A stretch of DNA of 64,000 nt from Callorhinchus milii (lineage: Eukaryota). The position numbers and the translations under genes were made by a program. Each line of letters starts with the position of its first letter. Within the stretch, counting starts at the first letter, position 1. The notes under the pieces were generated by a model that was not told the DNA's origin, made no database searches, and saw nothing but the letters and a program-made list of their open reading frames with translations. The stretch is taken from positions 75,146,001 to 75,210,000 of the forward strand of contig NW_024704742.1 in the NCBI RefSeq assembly GCF_018977255.1, given 5' to 3'. Of this stretch, positions 38,061 through 51,240 are shown piece after piece.

Positions 38061-41000
38061 AGTTCCAAAGGCAGTCTTGGAGTTAGACCACATGTGGGAA
38101 TTAAAAGCTGAACAACATGTTGTGTACCAAATGGTTCAGCCTCTCTTCAATTAGTTTTAACCATATTTCTCCACTGGTTCCATTTATGCCTTGGACTGAA
38201 GGGGTAGAGCTCCATGATCCGTAACTATGAGATTTTATTGTATGTGAACAATGCTATATTAGTTAACGTTATGGCTATCAGTGATGATCCATGGCTTGCC
38301 ATCAGGAAGTGCAGCTGAACGGAGATACCTGAGTTCCCTCCCTCGTGATTGAGCGGCCTTGTAAAATATGCCTTTGAACAGATGAAAAGCACCCAGCTGA
38401 CTCCAATACATTTGAGTGACAAGTTGTTATATCCTCCAACTCGCCTCCTTCCATTAGGGAATTGAGTGTTTTGCTGCTTGAGTAAGTGAATTGTAAGTGA
38501 AAAGTGATTCTCACTTTCTTCTCCTTTTATTAACGCTTATAAAAACATGTTCACACTAGAAACCTAGAAATAAAGTTTCTGGTGTGCATTTGTGGATGCA
38601 GAGTGAGGATCAAATTGAGCATGATTGTGATGGTTCTGAAGTTGAATATCCAGCTGTCACTTATTCACTTTTTATAAACGCCAGTTTAGGGAGGGACTGG
38701 AGAGACATGATTGCCTCTTGACATCAACCATATTTTAGCAACACTGCAGACAGTGGCGGGTGGGCCTTCCGCCACTCTGCCCCCACCCTCTGAAACTCCA
38801 TCCCGCAGCCCGTCCGTCTCGCATCCTCCCTCTCCACCTTCAAGACCATCCTCTTCGACCCTGCTTTCGATCTCTCTGCTTCCCCTCTGCCCTCCACCCT
38901 CCCCCACCCCTACCTCCAGCTCGAGTTCATAACTCTGTCCGTAACAGCGCCTTGGGACATCCTCCCGACATGAAAGATGGCTTTACAAATGTCATTTTGT
39001 TGTGGTTCTATTCAAATTGTAGCAATTTTTATTGAAAAAATCCCAAAAGGTTTGCCTTCTGTAACAATCAATGACTTGGACATCGACCTAGGAGAGGATA
39101 TGTCCAAGTGTATTGATGTTACTAAATGTGTGAATTGGCAAATTCTGAGAAGATTTTCATTGAACTCTAGGACCTTGATCGACTAGAGGAATGGCAGCTA
39201 CAGTTTAACAAAGTTAAATGTGAGGTATGAATTTCAGAAAAAAGAATATAGAGTAGAGGCATAGTTTGAAGGATGAAACATTCAGTTTGGAGAGGCAGAG
39301 GGATCTGGTTTGAAATACATTAATGACTAAACGTGGGACAGCAGGTACAACAACTTGCATTTATATAGTACCCCTCATGCGAAACGCCCACAAATCATAA
39401 TTTAACAATCATTTAACAATTTAAAGGATTAATTCATGGGATTTTTAGCTCTTGAGGTCCTCAGTTTAATGCCTCATTTAAAGGGTGACCCTTCTCACAG
39501 AGGACTGGATGTGCGTGGAGGTAGATTTTTCCTAGTGATTCAGAAGTATAATTTCCTTATCTCCAGTCATCAGATTATCCTCAAGCTGAAAAGGACTTTG
39601 TAATATTTTGGCATCATATCAAGAAATCTCTTGGCTGCAACATTGAGAAAGTAACATTATCCAGTGCTTATCAAGAAAGAAACTTTGGGATGTCTGAAAA
39701 GAAGGTTTGCTCAGAGAATTGCTCAGAATGTTTTGAGATTATTTGATTTGCAGCATTTTGAGAAACAGAGGGTGAAAATTGTATTGTTTATTAACAGATG
39801 GCACAGTACTGGTGAGTGTTAAGCAGCCCTTGCCCTGATTTTGGCACAATGTCTGCACTTGATGCGATTCAAAGATTTTAGCTTCAATGATGCAAAAAAT
39901 ATTTGCCATTTTTCTTGTCTCAATGGCAGCTGCATTCTTCTAGCCAACCATGGAGTTGCTCTGCCATTTCATGGGATACCAGCTTGCCTCAGACTGATCG
40001 GTCGGCAATGACAGTGGTTGTTAGCGGGAACAAAAATGGTAGTGCCGAAATTTTAAAACCCGTATTGGGCCCAATCATTGTACTAAGGTTGGGGAAAGGT
40101 GTGGTCATACCCACAGACAGTCTTTAGCAATAGATTACAAATTGTGGTGTTTCATAACAGATACAATGTGTTAATTATTACATCCTATCTATTAAGAAAC
40201 ATTGCAATTCTCACTCGGGTTCATTGCAAATAGCTGTGTTTTCACTTTTTACGGGATTAAATTATTAATTTAACAAATTAGGAAAGAACCATTTAAAAAT
40301 TATATATGTGTTAATGTGTGTGCAACAATATTAAATCTAGTTACAATATAGCCGGTTGACTCCAGTGGTGTTTCGAGTTGACCCATAGTATGTTTACCTG
40401 ATATTGTTATGACTATGAGTAACTTGGCAGCAGTGATCACAAAACCCAGATTGCACACCAGGTAAATTCTTTGAGCTGGTGTTACCCACCTACATTGTTT
40501 GGAAAGTTAATCAGTATGTGCTAAAGCTTCGGCTATTTCCTTTTGGCAAGACTAATGCACATGCCCACACAAAGATTCATTGATGGATGGAGAAAAGAAT
40601 TGCACTGACAACAGTGAAAAATGGCTTTGTCTCCATTAGCACGGGTACTATCAAGAGACAACATGTACTTGCACAGTGTAAGGATGATCTATTTGGCCCA
40701 TTCCCTTCATTTGACCTATAACGTGCCAATAAAATCCTGCATATAGGTAGGAGTGTTCTCCACATATCGTCTACAAAGAACAACTGCATACCTTTACCTC
40801 TGTGCTCTCGAGAAGCACTGCATCACTGAAGATCTGAGTAATTATTATACTTAGCAATTTATGAAATATTCTACCCCGGCTGGATCTATTCCATTTTCGG
40901 TACAAGGTTAATGCCATGTACATTTCAGCAGAAAAAAAATACAATCATTAAACATACGGACACTGAGCAAGACGTTTACTCCATGACATTAAAAATACTT

Positions 41001-41080
41001 ATCACGGTGTTTTTCTTACTTCAGTAAGTATGCAATTTCAATTAGCAACAACTTGTCCATGTATAATGAATGTATGATTA

Positions 41081-42920
41081 ACAACAACAACAACTTGGAT
41101 TTATATAGTGCCCTCCACGTCGTACTGCGTCTCAGAGCGCTTCACAGTAACGGATCCCAGGGTCGAGCCAGGGGGAGGGGAAGAAAGGTGACCAAAGGCG
41201 CGGTTGAAAAGAAAGGTCTTCAGCAGAGACCTGAAAATATGAAGAGAGGGAGCAAGGTGAAGGGAGTGAGGAAGGGAGTTCCAGAGCCTCGGGGCATAGT
41301 GGCTGAAGGCATGGCCGTTGAGGGTGGAATGGAGGACTCGGGGGATGAGGAGAAGGCCAGACCCGGAGGAATGAAGGCAATGGATACTGTTTTGAGGAAA
41401 GAGGAGGTCAGAGAGGTAGGGGGGTGCAGAGGAGTGGAGGGTACAGTACAAGGGTGAGGATCTTGAAGTCGATCCTCTGTGGGACAGGCAGCCAGTGCAG
41501 TCTGGCAAGGACTGGGGTGATCGGGGAGTGGAGTTTGGTGCGGGTGAGAATGCGGGCGGCAGAGTTTTGAATAATCTGGATTTCATGGATGGTAATGGAG
41601 GGGAGACCGGCGAGGAGGGCATTAGAATAGTCCAGCCGAGAGGTGACAAAGGCATGGACCAGGGTTTGAGCGGCTTTCGGAGTGAGGTATTGGCGGAGAC
41701 GAGCGATGCGTCAGAGATGGAAGAAAGCAGTGCTGGTGAGGGACCAGATGTGGGGGAGGAATTGGGGGTCGAACCTAATGCCTAGGTTGCGTACGGGTTC
41801 GGAGAGTTTTAGGGGGAGGTCGGGTAGGTGGAGGAGGTGAGAGCCATAAGATTTTAGATATTGACGAGAGCCAAAGACTATGGCTTCTGTCTTGTCAACG
41901 TTCAGCTGAAGGAAATTTGTGCTCATCCAGCCCCTGCGATCTGACAGGCAGGCTGACAGAACATCAGGGGACTGGGGTTCGCAAAGGGAGGTGGAAAAAT
42001 AGAGTTGGGTGCATCCGCGTACATGTGGAAATGTACCCCATGTCTGCGGACGACATCCCCAAGAGGCAGCATATAGATCAGAAAGAGGAGGGGGCCAAGA
42101 ATGGATCCTTAGGGTACCTCACAGGTGATCGGGTGAGAGAGGGAGGAGAAGCTGTTTGTGCAGATGTACTGCTGGCGGTTTGTGAGGTAGGACTCGAACC
42201 AGGCGAGTGCGGTCCCACTGAGGTGGATGATGGAGGAAAGGCGGTGGAGGAGGATGGCGTGATCGACTGTGTCGAACGCCATGGAGAGGTCCAGGAGGGC
42301 AAGGAGGCAGAGGGAGCCCTGGTCACAGATAGAGAGCATGTCATTTGTGACTTTCACAAGCGCAGTCTCTGTACTGTGGGCAGGGCGGAAACCGGACTGG
42401 AGTGATTCGAAGAGGGAGTGGGAGGAGAGGTGTGCGCGAAGTTGATTGGCAACAACGCGTTTTAGGACTTTTGTGAGGAAGGGCAGGTTAGAAGTAGAAT
42501 GGTAGTGGCTGGGTTTTGAGAGATCTAGGGAAGGTTTTTTGAGAAGGGGGGTGATGACAGCAGTTTTGAGGGGGGCAGGGACTAATCCGGAGGAGAGAGA
42601 TTGATGACGTCAGCCAGTAGTGGGAAGAGGAGGGGGAGCTGGTTGACCAGCAAATTGGTGGGGAGGCAGCAGGTGGTGGGTTTCATGGAGGTGATGGTGG
42701 GTGAGAGGGAGAAGGGAGAGATGGGGAGGAAGGAATGTAGGATGTGGGTGGTGGTAGGAGTAGATGATGGGGAGGGTGAGGGGGGACAGACAGGGCGTGG
42801 TGGTGGGTGACAAGAGGCAGGTGGATGAGGCTGCCTGGCGGATGTTATGTATTTCAGATGAAAAGAAGTCCATAATCTCCTCGCACATCTTGAAGGGCTT
42901 CATTGGAAGGATAGCTGAGG
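41081..42920 (-). mobile_element. L2 LINE 3' ~1.8 kb with RT domain; same subfamily as 13541-14645
   Basis: LLALLDLSMAFDTVDHAILLHRL, NFLQLNVDKTEAIVFGS; tail nearly identical to the 13541 copy. Confidence 0.95.
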
Positions 42921-43539
42921 ATTGAACCAAACGCCTAAGCTACGCACTGGTTTGGTGAATTTGAGGGATAAACTCAGGAAATTGGAAAGTAAGAACTGGA
43001 GGTGAGAAAACGTAGATTGTGGAAGTTAATCCCATGACTGTAAACAATGTTACAAAGAGGAAGTATGCAAATGAGAAAAAGGGGACTGAAGATAGATCCT
43101 TGAAGTACCCTGCTGCTGAGTGCATGAGGGCAAGAGGAGAAACCATTAGAAGAGACACAGTGAATGTGGTGGGTCAAGTAGGAAAAACCAGGAGAGTGTA
43201 GTCACGTGGAGGTGGATAAGTGAGGAGAGGTGGATGAGGAGGTTGGCTTGGAAACCATTGTGAAAAAAAGGTGCTATACAAATGTAATTTTGTTGTTGTT
43301 GTTATAGACCTATTTGCCTGATCTCAATAATAATAAAAAATATGGAGTGAATCATCAGAAAACAAGTGGATGATTACCTTTGTAAAAACTAATCAATCAT
43401 TGACAGCCAACATGGGTTCAGAAAGGGTAAGTCTTTTTGAGGAATTGACTACATAGATTGAGTTGCCAACGGAGAAGCTGAAAGAGATCTAGCTTGCCTC
43501 TTGTGCATGTGTGCACCACGCAGGAAGCCATCTGGTCAG

Positions 43540-44160
43540 CTGTGATCCCACTCACATGTAGGGAGGTGCAAGGGCATGAAAGGATTTGAAAACGAGTGGG
43601 AGATTATTGAAATCGATCCGTTCAGTAAATTTGAGCCTGGCAAGGACTGGTGTGATGGGGATATGGAATTTTGTGAAGTGGGAATCCAAGTGGCAGAGTT
43701 ATGAATTAGTTGTATTTTGTGTATTGTGGAGCTGGGGAGATCAGCGAGGAGGGCATTAGAATAGTTCAGCTGCAAAGTGCCGAAGGTATGGACGAGGGTT
43801 TTGGCTGCTTTTGTTGTGAGATACGGATGGAAGCGGGCAATGTGATGGAGGTGGAAAATAGTGGTCCTGGTCAGGGAACGGAATGTGGGACAGAAAGGAA
43901 AACTGGGGATTGAACCTGATACCTAAATTGCACACAGGTTCATTGAGTCTGAGGGAGAGCCCAGGGAGATTGAGGAGTTCAGACCTGCAGGAGAGAAAAT
44001 GTTGACGGGAGCCAATGAATATGGCTTATGTCTTGCCGACATTCAGCTGCAGGAAATTTGTGCTCATCTAGGCCTTGATGTCTGTCAAACAAGCTGACAG
44101 GACATGAGCAGATTTGGAGTCACAGCTGGAGGAGGACAAGTAGATTTTGGTGTCATGGAA
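43540..44160 (-). mobile_element. Older L2 fragment
   Basis: LNYSNALLADLPSSTIHKIQLIHNSA. Confidence 0.8.
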
Positions 44161-44205
44161 GATGTTATAGTCCCAAGCTTCAGAGCTTCCTCACCAGTTA
44201 TTCAG

Positions 44206-44592
44206 TGTCACCCTGGCTCAGTGATAGCATTCTTGCCTCTAAGTCGGACTTGGAATCACATAGTCTAAGCTGATACTCCAATGCAGTGCTACATTGTAGG
44301 AGGTACTGTCCTTCAGATGAGAAGTTAAACCGAGGTCCCATATGCTTGTTCAGGTGGACATTAAAGATTTCATGGCACCATTCGAAAAGAGAAGGGTGCA
44401 TTTCCCAATGTCCTGGCCAATAAATCCCCCAAATAAAATTGGTCACTTGCTCCCTGGCTAGTTGTGGGACATTGCTGTGCACAACTGACTCCTGCGTTTC
44501 ACCCATAAAATATAATATATCTTGTGAAGCGCTTTGAGATGTCTTGACAGCATATAAGGTGCTGTATCAAATGCAAGGATTATAATTATTAT
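44206..44592 (+). mobile_element. Deu-type SINE
   Basis: tgtcaccctggctcagtgatagcattcttgcctc head; gttaaaccgaggtccc..caggtggacattaaagat core. Confidence 0.85.
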
Positions 44593-47500
44593 TCAAAAGA
44601 CTTCTGTCTTCAGTATGGTGGGAAGACCTTTACAACACAGCTTGTCACTGATACTTTTTTAAGGTTTTTTTTATTAATTCTACTTTCCAGCTCTCTATCT
44701 CTCATATCCCTTAATGATAACGTATGCTATATTTATAATACTATAATTATAACTGTGTAAAGTGCTTTCAGATGTCTTTGCAACGTGAAAGACTCAACAT
44801 ACATGTAAATTATATTGTATTACATTCGATATAGTATTTTCAAGTTGAGAGGATGTCTCAAAGTTCTTCAACAACAACAATAAAATGACATTTGTATAGA
44901 GTCTTTCACATCGGGAGGACGTCCCAAGGCGCAGGACAATCAGTGTTTCAGACCCGAGCTGGGGGTCAGGATCGGGGAGGATGGAGAGCAGGGGGGCAGA
45001 AGGGTGACCAATGGCACCGTCAAAACAGAGGGCCTTGAGACAGGTCTTGAAGGAGGCAAGGGAGGGAGGGAGGTGGAGGGACTCCGGGATGGAGTTCCAA
45101 CGGCTGGGGGCAGAGTGGCTGAAGGCCCGCCCACTAATGGTTCTAACTTCTTCACTGTAGTAACTATGTATTTTGTAGGTGAAAGGCAGCAGTCTATTTG
45201 CCCACAATAGTGTTGCCCATCATAGACATGAAGTGAATGAACCAATTTATTTATGATTTAGTTTTGAGAACGACATGTGATAATTAGTTTCAAAGTAATT
45301 ATCTTGCTGGTAAGTCTCTGATTGAAGAAATTCCTTCTATCCTCTCCACTTAGTCTTCCTCTAACAATATTTGTCTTAGGTCATATTTTACATTTATGGA
45401 TAATTTTGTGTGTGGCACCTGGTAGCAGTTTGATGCTATCATGGGAAGGTGGCAGGGTGAGTATTCTGTAAGAATGAGATCAAATAGACTGATCTGATCT
45501 TTTGTGACAGGAAAGTAAAATAATTTACAAAATGTCACAGGCACTTTTTAACTTCATTTTGGGAATTTATCTTTACATCTCTGCTGGAATGATCACAAGT
45601 TGTACAGTAAATGCCTGGGAAACTCCAAGCTGCTGAGACACGTGGGGCATGATTGCTGTCACTGTGGCCTGTGGAAAGAGGGGATTTGGGTTGGGGCAGA
45701 TTGATGAGCTGCTATTATCAGAAAGTCCTTCAGCTGTACTACTACTGCCAGGAGAGTACACATAACCCACGAAGGGCAGTGCGTCTGTGCTTTTAATGTC
45801 TAGAAAGGTGGTTGAATTTATTACCTTAACTCTAAAGAGTGCTAAGATCAATAATTTCTAATGGAAGCTCAAATAAACGGATAAATTGAAGCCCAAATAC
45901 AGATTCATCTGAACTTTTTTTTCTGAATTGTGAGATTGTTTTGAAATACAAGTACAAATGTCCTGGGTATTACTTTGGACCCTCAAGTGTCACATTAGAG
46001 GCCAGTCTAACAGATGTATGTTTTTTGCACTTCTAGGTTGAAGCTATATTTAGATTCACACTGCAGTTGTTCACTGAACAGCAGGGAGTTTAACACAGCA
46101 GTGATTCCATACTGCAGGGGCTGGAAAGCGGCAGTTTGCAATATGTCACTAACATATCAAGGGAGGGAAACTGCTTGATAAATGAGCTGGCAGATGGTGA
46201 GGTGGGTGGAAAAGGAGGAGCTCAGAACAGAACAACTCAGAACCAGTTGTTAACCCCGATTTCTCAGCCAAATGTTATGCATTAAACTTGGAATGTTTAA
46301 AAATATTGACTGAATAAAGACATATTTGAAAATAAAGTAAAATCAAACCAAAAATAGAGAAGCGTCAAAGAGAAGGTTTATTTTGCAAATGAGTAGAAGA
46401 GATGCAGGTCTGGCAGTGAGATTTATTACTGTGTGAAACATGGTCACTGGCTGTATTGAAATACGGTCACCCAGGTATTTAAGAAGCCAAAGTACAGGTG
46501 ACAAGCAGGGGTGAGTGACAGGGAAATAGATAATAATATAATAATCTTTGCATTTAATATAGCACCTTATCACGTCTTCGAGATGTCTCCAAGAGCTTCA
46601 CAGAATATATGGTAAAGTGAATGGATTGTATATTTTATGGGCAAATAAGTTTCGTGTGTACCAGTGTAAAGCGCACAGATCAGAGAAAGGAGGATAAGAA
46701 ATCAACTTCAAGAAGAAATAATATTAGCACTGGTGATGCAGATCTGGAGTACCAAATTACACTGTGAATTCAAAGTTGTGAGATCGTGCTTGAACCCACT
46801 CCCTTCTGACTCTGAGACAAGAGAGAGACAAACTGACAATGTCAAGAGAATTGTTAGAATTGTTTGCAGGGTGACATTTTACTTTTATGGGCAGTATTCA
46901 GTAGCACTAGTATCTCCAAAGTGTTGTCACTTTAAGAAAGATGGTGGCAATGCTCTCACACATTTCATGCTGAGCTGTGTTGCCCACCAAGAAGCTCAAA
47001 GGTACCTGCCTCCACCTAGTGAGGCCTGAACCCACGCTTGTTTGATGTTGAATGACCAACCTGTGACTATCCTCCTGGGGGTGGGGTGGGAGAGGGGGGT
47101 GTGGGGGCGGGAGAGGTAAGTGGGGTCTCCTTGGAGTTGGTCTGGCTCCAAGGTCACATGCTTGGTAACAGAATGTCGGAATCCGGCCAGCCTTCTGTGA
47201 CTGTCCAGGTAGTCCAGGGGCAGGGGATCATCCCCCAATGGATCACTCAGCTCCTGTTAATCCTGCAAGCCAAAGCCCTAACAGAGCGAGTAGTCCAAGC
47301 TAGCCAAGCAGCAGGAAATCAGGAATATCAATGGCAATCTATGTGGTTTTAGCTGGTTAAACTCCAGCGATTACTCCATCACGCACTCTGGTGCTAGGCT
47401 CTGGAATGGTCAATATTTGATGGTGGTACCAGGGCCAATTAGAAGATACTACCACAGTGAGATTCTGAGGCAGTTTCAACAACTTCAGTGCAATGATAAC

Positions 47501-47594
47501 TGCTGCCTTGACATGTTGGCCATAAATAAATGCTGACTTCACTGGGAAATGGATGCCAATGAGAGAAGCTGGAGTAATGTATAGATGACAATAA

Positions 47595-48008
47595 TATCAT
47601 AATCCTCAGATTTGGTAAAGCATCTTATCACGAGCTTGAGATGCCTCAAATTGTTTCACAGGACTTCTGTAAAGCAAAGTGATTGTGTATCTGTAGGCAA
47701 ATGCAGTGCAGCAATGTCCCACAGACAGCTATGAAGTGAATGACTAATTTTATGTGGGGGATTGTTGGCCAGGACCCTGGGATAAACTCTTTTTGAATAG
47801 TGACACAGGATTTTTAATGTCCATTTGAACAGGCTAACGTGACCTCAGTTTAACATCTCGTCTGAAGGACGGCATCTCAAACAATGCAGCACACCCCCAG
47901 TACTGCATTCCAGTGTCAACCTACCAAGTTCAAAGTCCCATTGTAGGGCTTGAATCCATAACATTCTGGATCAAAGAGAAGAGTGCTACCAATGGAACCA
48001 GGCTGACA
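47595..48008 (-). mobile_element. Deu-type SINE
   Basis: Reverse complement of head, core and tail. Confidence 0.8.
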
Positions 48009-49069
48009 CCTGGTGAAGGCCAAGCTTCTGGGTCCAGATGGTCATGACTGAGGCTGTACTGGAATTCAGACAGTGTCCATACAGACACTGGCAACATTGC
48101 CCAGCAAGATTATAAGCCAATGCATCTTACGAGGCCTAAAAATCATCATAGTCTTAGTCAATAAGCCTATTTTCCCTAAATTGTAAGATTTTGAAGATTA
48201 ATTGAAAATTCTTAAATTTAGTCTTCATGTGAAAGCTGGTCCTATTTTAGAACTGCATTCTGTTTAATTTTCCTCTTTCTAACATTCGGTCTCTGTCCAA
48301 GACTGCTTTTCTTCATTATCACCACATCACCCACCTCTATACCTGTCTCACGCAGAACACTGCTAAAACCTCATTGATGCTTCTGTAACTCCCTGACTCG
48401 GTTTCTGAAACACATTCCTCTCCAGTCTCACGACTTCCATCATGAGCCAGCTCCAGCTCATACAAACCTCCATCACTCACATTCTCACTTGCACCAAATT
48501 CTGAATGCTCACCTCCCCAGTCCTCACTAGGCTACACCATCTCCCTATCTCCCAAAGGATGATTTCAAGGTGCTCAGCCTCAAATATATATCACTTCATG
48601 TTCTAGCACTCCCTACCTGTGGTCTTCAACTTTTCCACTCCTCTGCACGTCCGCCACCATCTCTGCTTTTACCATGGCAGCGGAGCTTTCAGAAATGATG
48701 CCCCACCCTCTGGAACATCACCCCCTCTACCCCTTCTTCCAGTCCCCTCCATCTTTAAATCCCACCTAGAAAACCCACCTCTTTACTCTTGCCTATAGTT
48801 ACCTTCCCTTGCTCGTTGTTCAACACAAAGCACTTGTGAAGCACTCCAAGACCTTATCCTACGTAAAGGGAATTATATAAATGCACACTGTTATCTTATG
48901 TGGTCATTTTAGGCCTACAATTAGGAAATAGAGAAAAACAAGAAGGGGTAAAATGAGACTTGAAAAGCACCAATCTAAAACAGTTTTTAGTATGACTTTC
49001 ATTGGGTTTCTTTTGCCTTCATACAGTGCTAATTAATATTGTTTCTTTTTCTTCCATTTACTTTTACAG

Positions 49070-49117
49070 AAGGTAATAATCCCTGGTGGAGGAGAGGCAT
49101 TCAGATGGTTCTTTTAG
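49070..49117 (+). CDS. cxxc4: CXXC4-like last coding exon: KVIIPGGGEAFRWFF*
   Basis: Strong polypyrimidine tract and acceptor (gtttctttttcttccatttacttttacag, ending 49069). A phase-0 join to ...GTSLE gives the family C-terminus (recalled: CXXC4 ..EAFRWFF, CXXC5 ..KVMLPTGAAFRWFQ). Stop TAG 49115-49117. Confidence 0.93.
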   Translation, partial: KVIIPGGGEAFRWFF

Positions 49118-51240
49118 GAGTGATTCTACACCTCATCCAACCCCATGAAGTGTGATTTGCCTCATGAACAGAGAATGTTGCTGCATGGATTCCTGACACA
49201 AGGAGCAAGTTCCATTCCAATGGTTTCTTTGTTTTTCCTAGTAGTGGATTTTGTATCTTTGGAGCTGTTTTGTTTTCATGTCAAAATTGTGTATTGGTAT
49301 TAAGGGTGAACTGTATATAAAAAAANGAAGCTTGTAACATGCAATGAATAGAACTGGACAATCATTATGTTGCATTGAGGGTTGTGACTAATGTTCGAGA
49401 AAACTCAATATGAAAGAGGGAATGAAGCAATAACCTAGAGTTGTAATTGTGTAAATAATGAGCATGACCTGTAGTAAACAATATAACCTTTTTTGTTGTA
49501 AGTAGTTAAATCCAGTAAAAAAAAGCAACCCTTTGATGTATTTATACAAACTGACAGAATTTGGCAGCTACAATGTTATTCGGTTTCCTCAAAACACTGG
49601 TGGCCTGACTGAGTACAGTTATAGGTAAATGACTAGGTCTGCCCGTTGGAGATGGGGTGTTTGTGAATACATCCGAGGCTCTGGTATCAATAAGTTCTTA
49701 TATTCACACAATGTCAGCACCTTGGCCTGTACTTCCCATAACTATTTTTTAATCATGGGTTCTGTTTGGGCAGAGGTGCATTACAGCCAACAGAATCCAA
49801 TGGTGTAATCTGAGCTTTACAGAACATGAGAAAGGATTGGATAAAGAAGTCCCTTTGCCCATTTGGTATCATCCTTCCAAAATTCCATATCTACTATCTT
49901 GCCATTACAGAGCAAGCTGTTCTTAAACACATGGCCTCATGAGACTTCAGATTACATCAGTAGCCAATGTTACTGTTCTATAAATGTTGCTTCATTATAT
50001 ATGTACAAGTCCATTGTGAAAGCACTTTGAAGACCATTTACTGTGCCTACTTAATTACTTACCTCTGTGACAAATTGTTAAAATACACAGGGAGTGGGTG
50101 ACTTCCTCTGAAATTCATGTTCCAATTTAACCTCAATGGATAGAATGAAAGTCTCTCTCTCCCAACTGAGAGGGTCCAATGTTAAATGAGTTTGAAGTCT
50201 CAACCCAGTTTCTAGTGGGTTGTGGTTCACAGGTTAATCTGAAATTTGCCTGCAAATCAACACTAAATTAGCAATTAAATGAGGCAACACGGAATGGTAT
50301 AGGTATTGGAAATGATGCATAGCTGCAAGGAGGAATGCTGAGTTAAAACACATTTGGGGGCAGAGAGGGCATTTCACTGCATCTGTATCCAAGGAGTAAA
50401 TTATGCTAGATTTTTGGTAACAGATGTCTTCATTCCTCATATCCTTAACATTTGATGAGCATAAAAAAATAATTAAAAGAAAATACCTTAATATTTCTTA
50501 ATAATTGTACTAATTAGAGAAATAAAACCAAAGCACCCATGTTATTGTTTAATATATTTTTAATTGGATTTATTTGTGTGATCTCTTTGATTTAATTTCT
50601 TGCATCTCACTAAAATAAGTTACCAAGCATGTTATTTTGGATAACTGGTAACTGTTATGTTGGAGTAGAAGATTCAGACTAGTGATTTTAACCGGCCCGA
50701 GGTGTCCTTTTCTTGCAGTGTGTATAAACTATGGATGCATGTTGCAGTTCAAGTTATGATGCAAGTTGCATGTTATACTGGAACTTCTTTTTAATCTTGC
50801 TTTTAGCTTAAGTCACTTGTTGCTACATGTGGGTTAGTAGCAGGTACTGGCCTATTCAGTTAGGGCCAGAAGGTTTGTGTAGTATTTGTTTATTGAACTA
50901 AAATTATTTTTGTAATCGGTTTGTGTGTAGTTTTGACATGCAGCTGAATAAAGAGTAGTACAATGAAATAATCAGACCCAAGATTAAGTTAGATATGTGT
51001 GTCCATTTAAATCTTTTAATCACTATTCTCTGTGCTACTGTTATCTAACAGCTGATGAAACTGGACCAAATTAACCCTCACACTGCCAACAGGTCTACAG
51101 AGACTCCTATCTCTTGGTTGACTGGTTGTGTACATTTTCTGCTAACATTACAGCAATAAAGTAACTCAAACATAAGGATTAGCTGTATTACTTTAATATA
51201 AAATCTCATACCACAAAAAAAAGTTAAATTCATAATAAAG
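49118..51240 (+). other. Putative 3'UTR of the CXXC4-like gene; the end is uncertain and may extend to ~53.4 kb
   Basis: AT-rich sequence almost free of young repeats after the stop codon. AATAAA at 50521, 50947, 51155 and 51234, with a further one at 53375. Confidence 0.55.
50085..50275 (+). mobile_element. Ancient LF-SINE/UCON3-like SINE relic
   Basis: atgttaaatgagtttgaagtctcaacccagtttctagtgg resembles the recalled LF-SINE core ATGTGAAATGAGTTGGTGGTCTCAGTCCAGTTCCTAGTGG. Confidence 0.55.

Larger units (their letters stand above)
16890..49069 (+). other. 32,180-bp GT-AG intron between the two coding exons
   Basis: GT at 16890 and AG at 49068-49069; phase 0; filled with retroelements. Confidence 0.88.

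Noticed and set aside
49300..50030. Pumilio (TGTANATA) and miR-17/430-type (AGCACTTT) sites in the 3'UTR
   Set aside because: Short motifs expected by chance in AT-rich DNA; conservation data needed.
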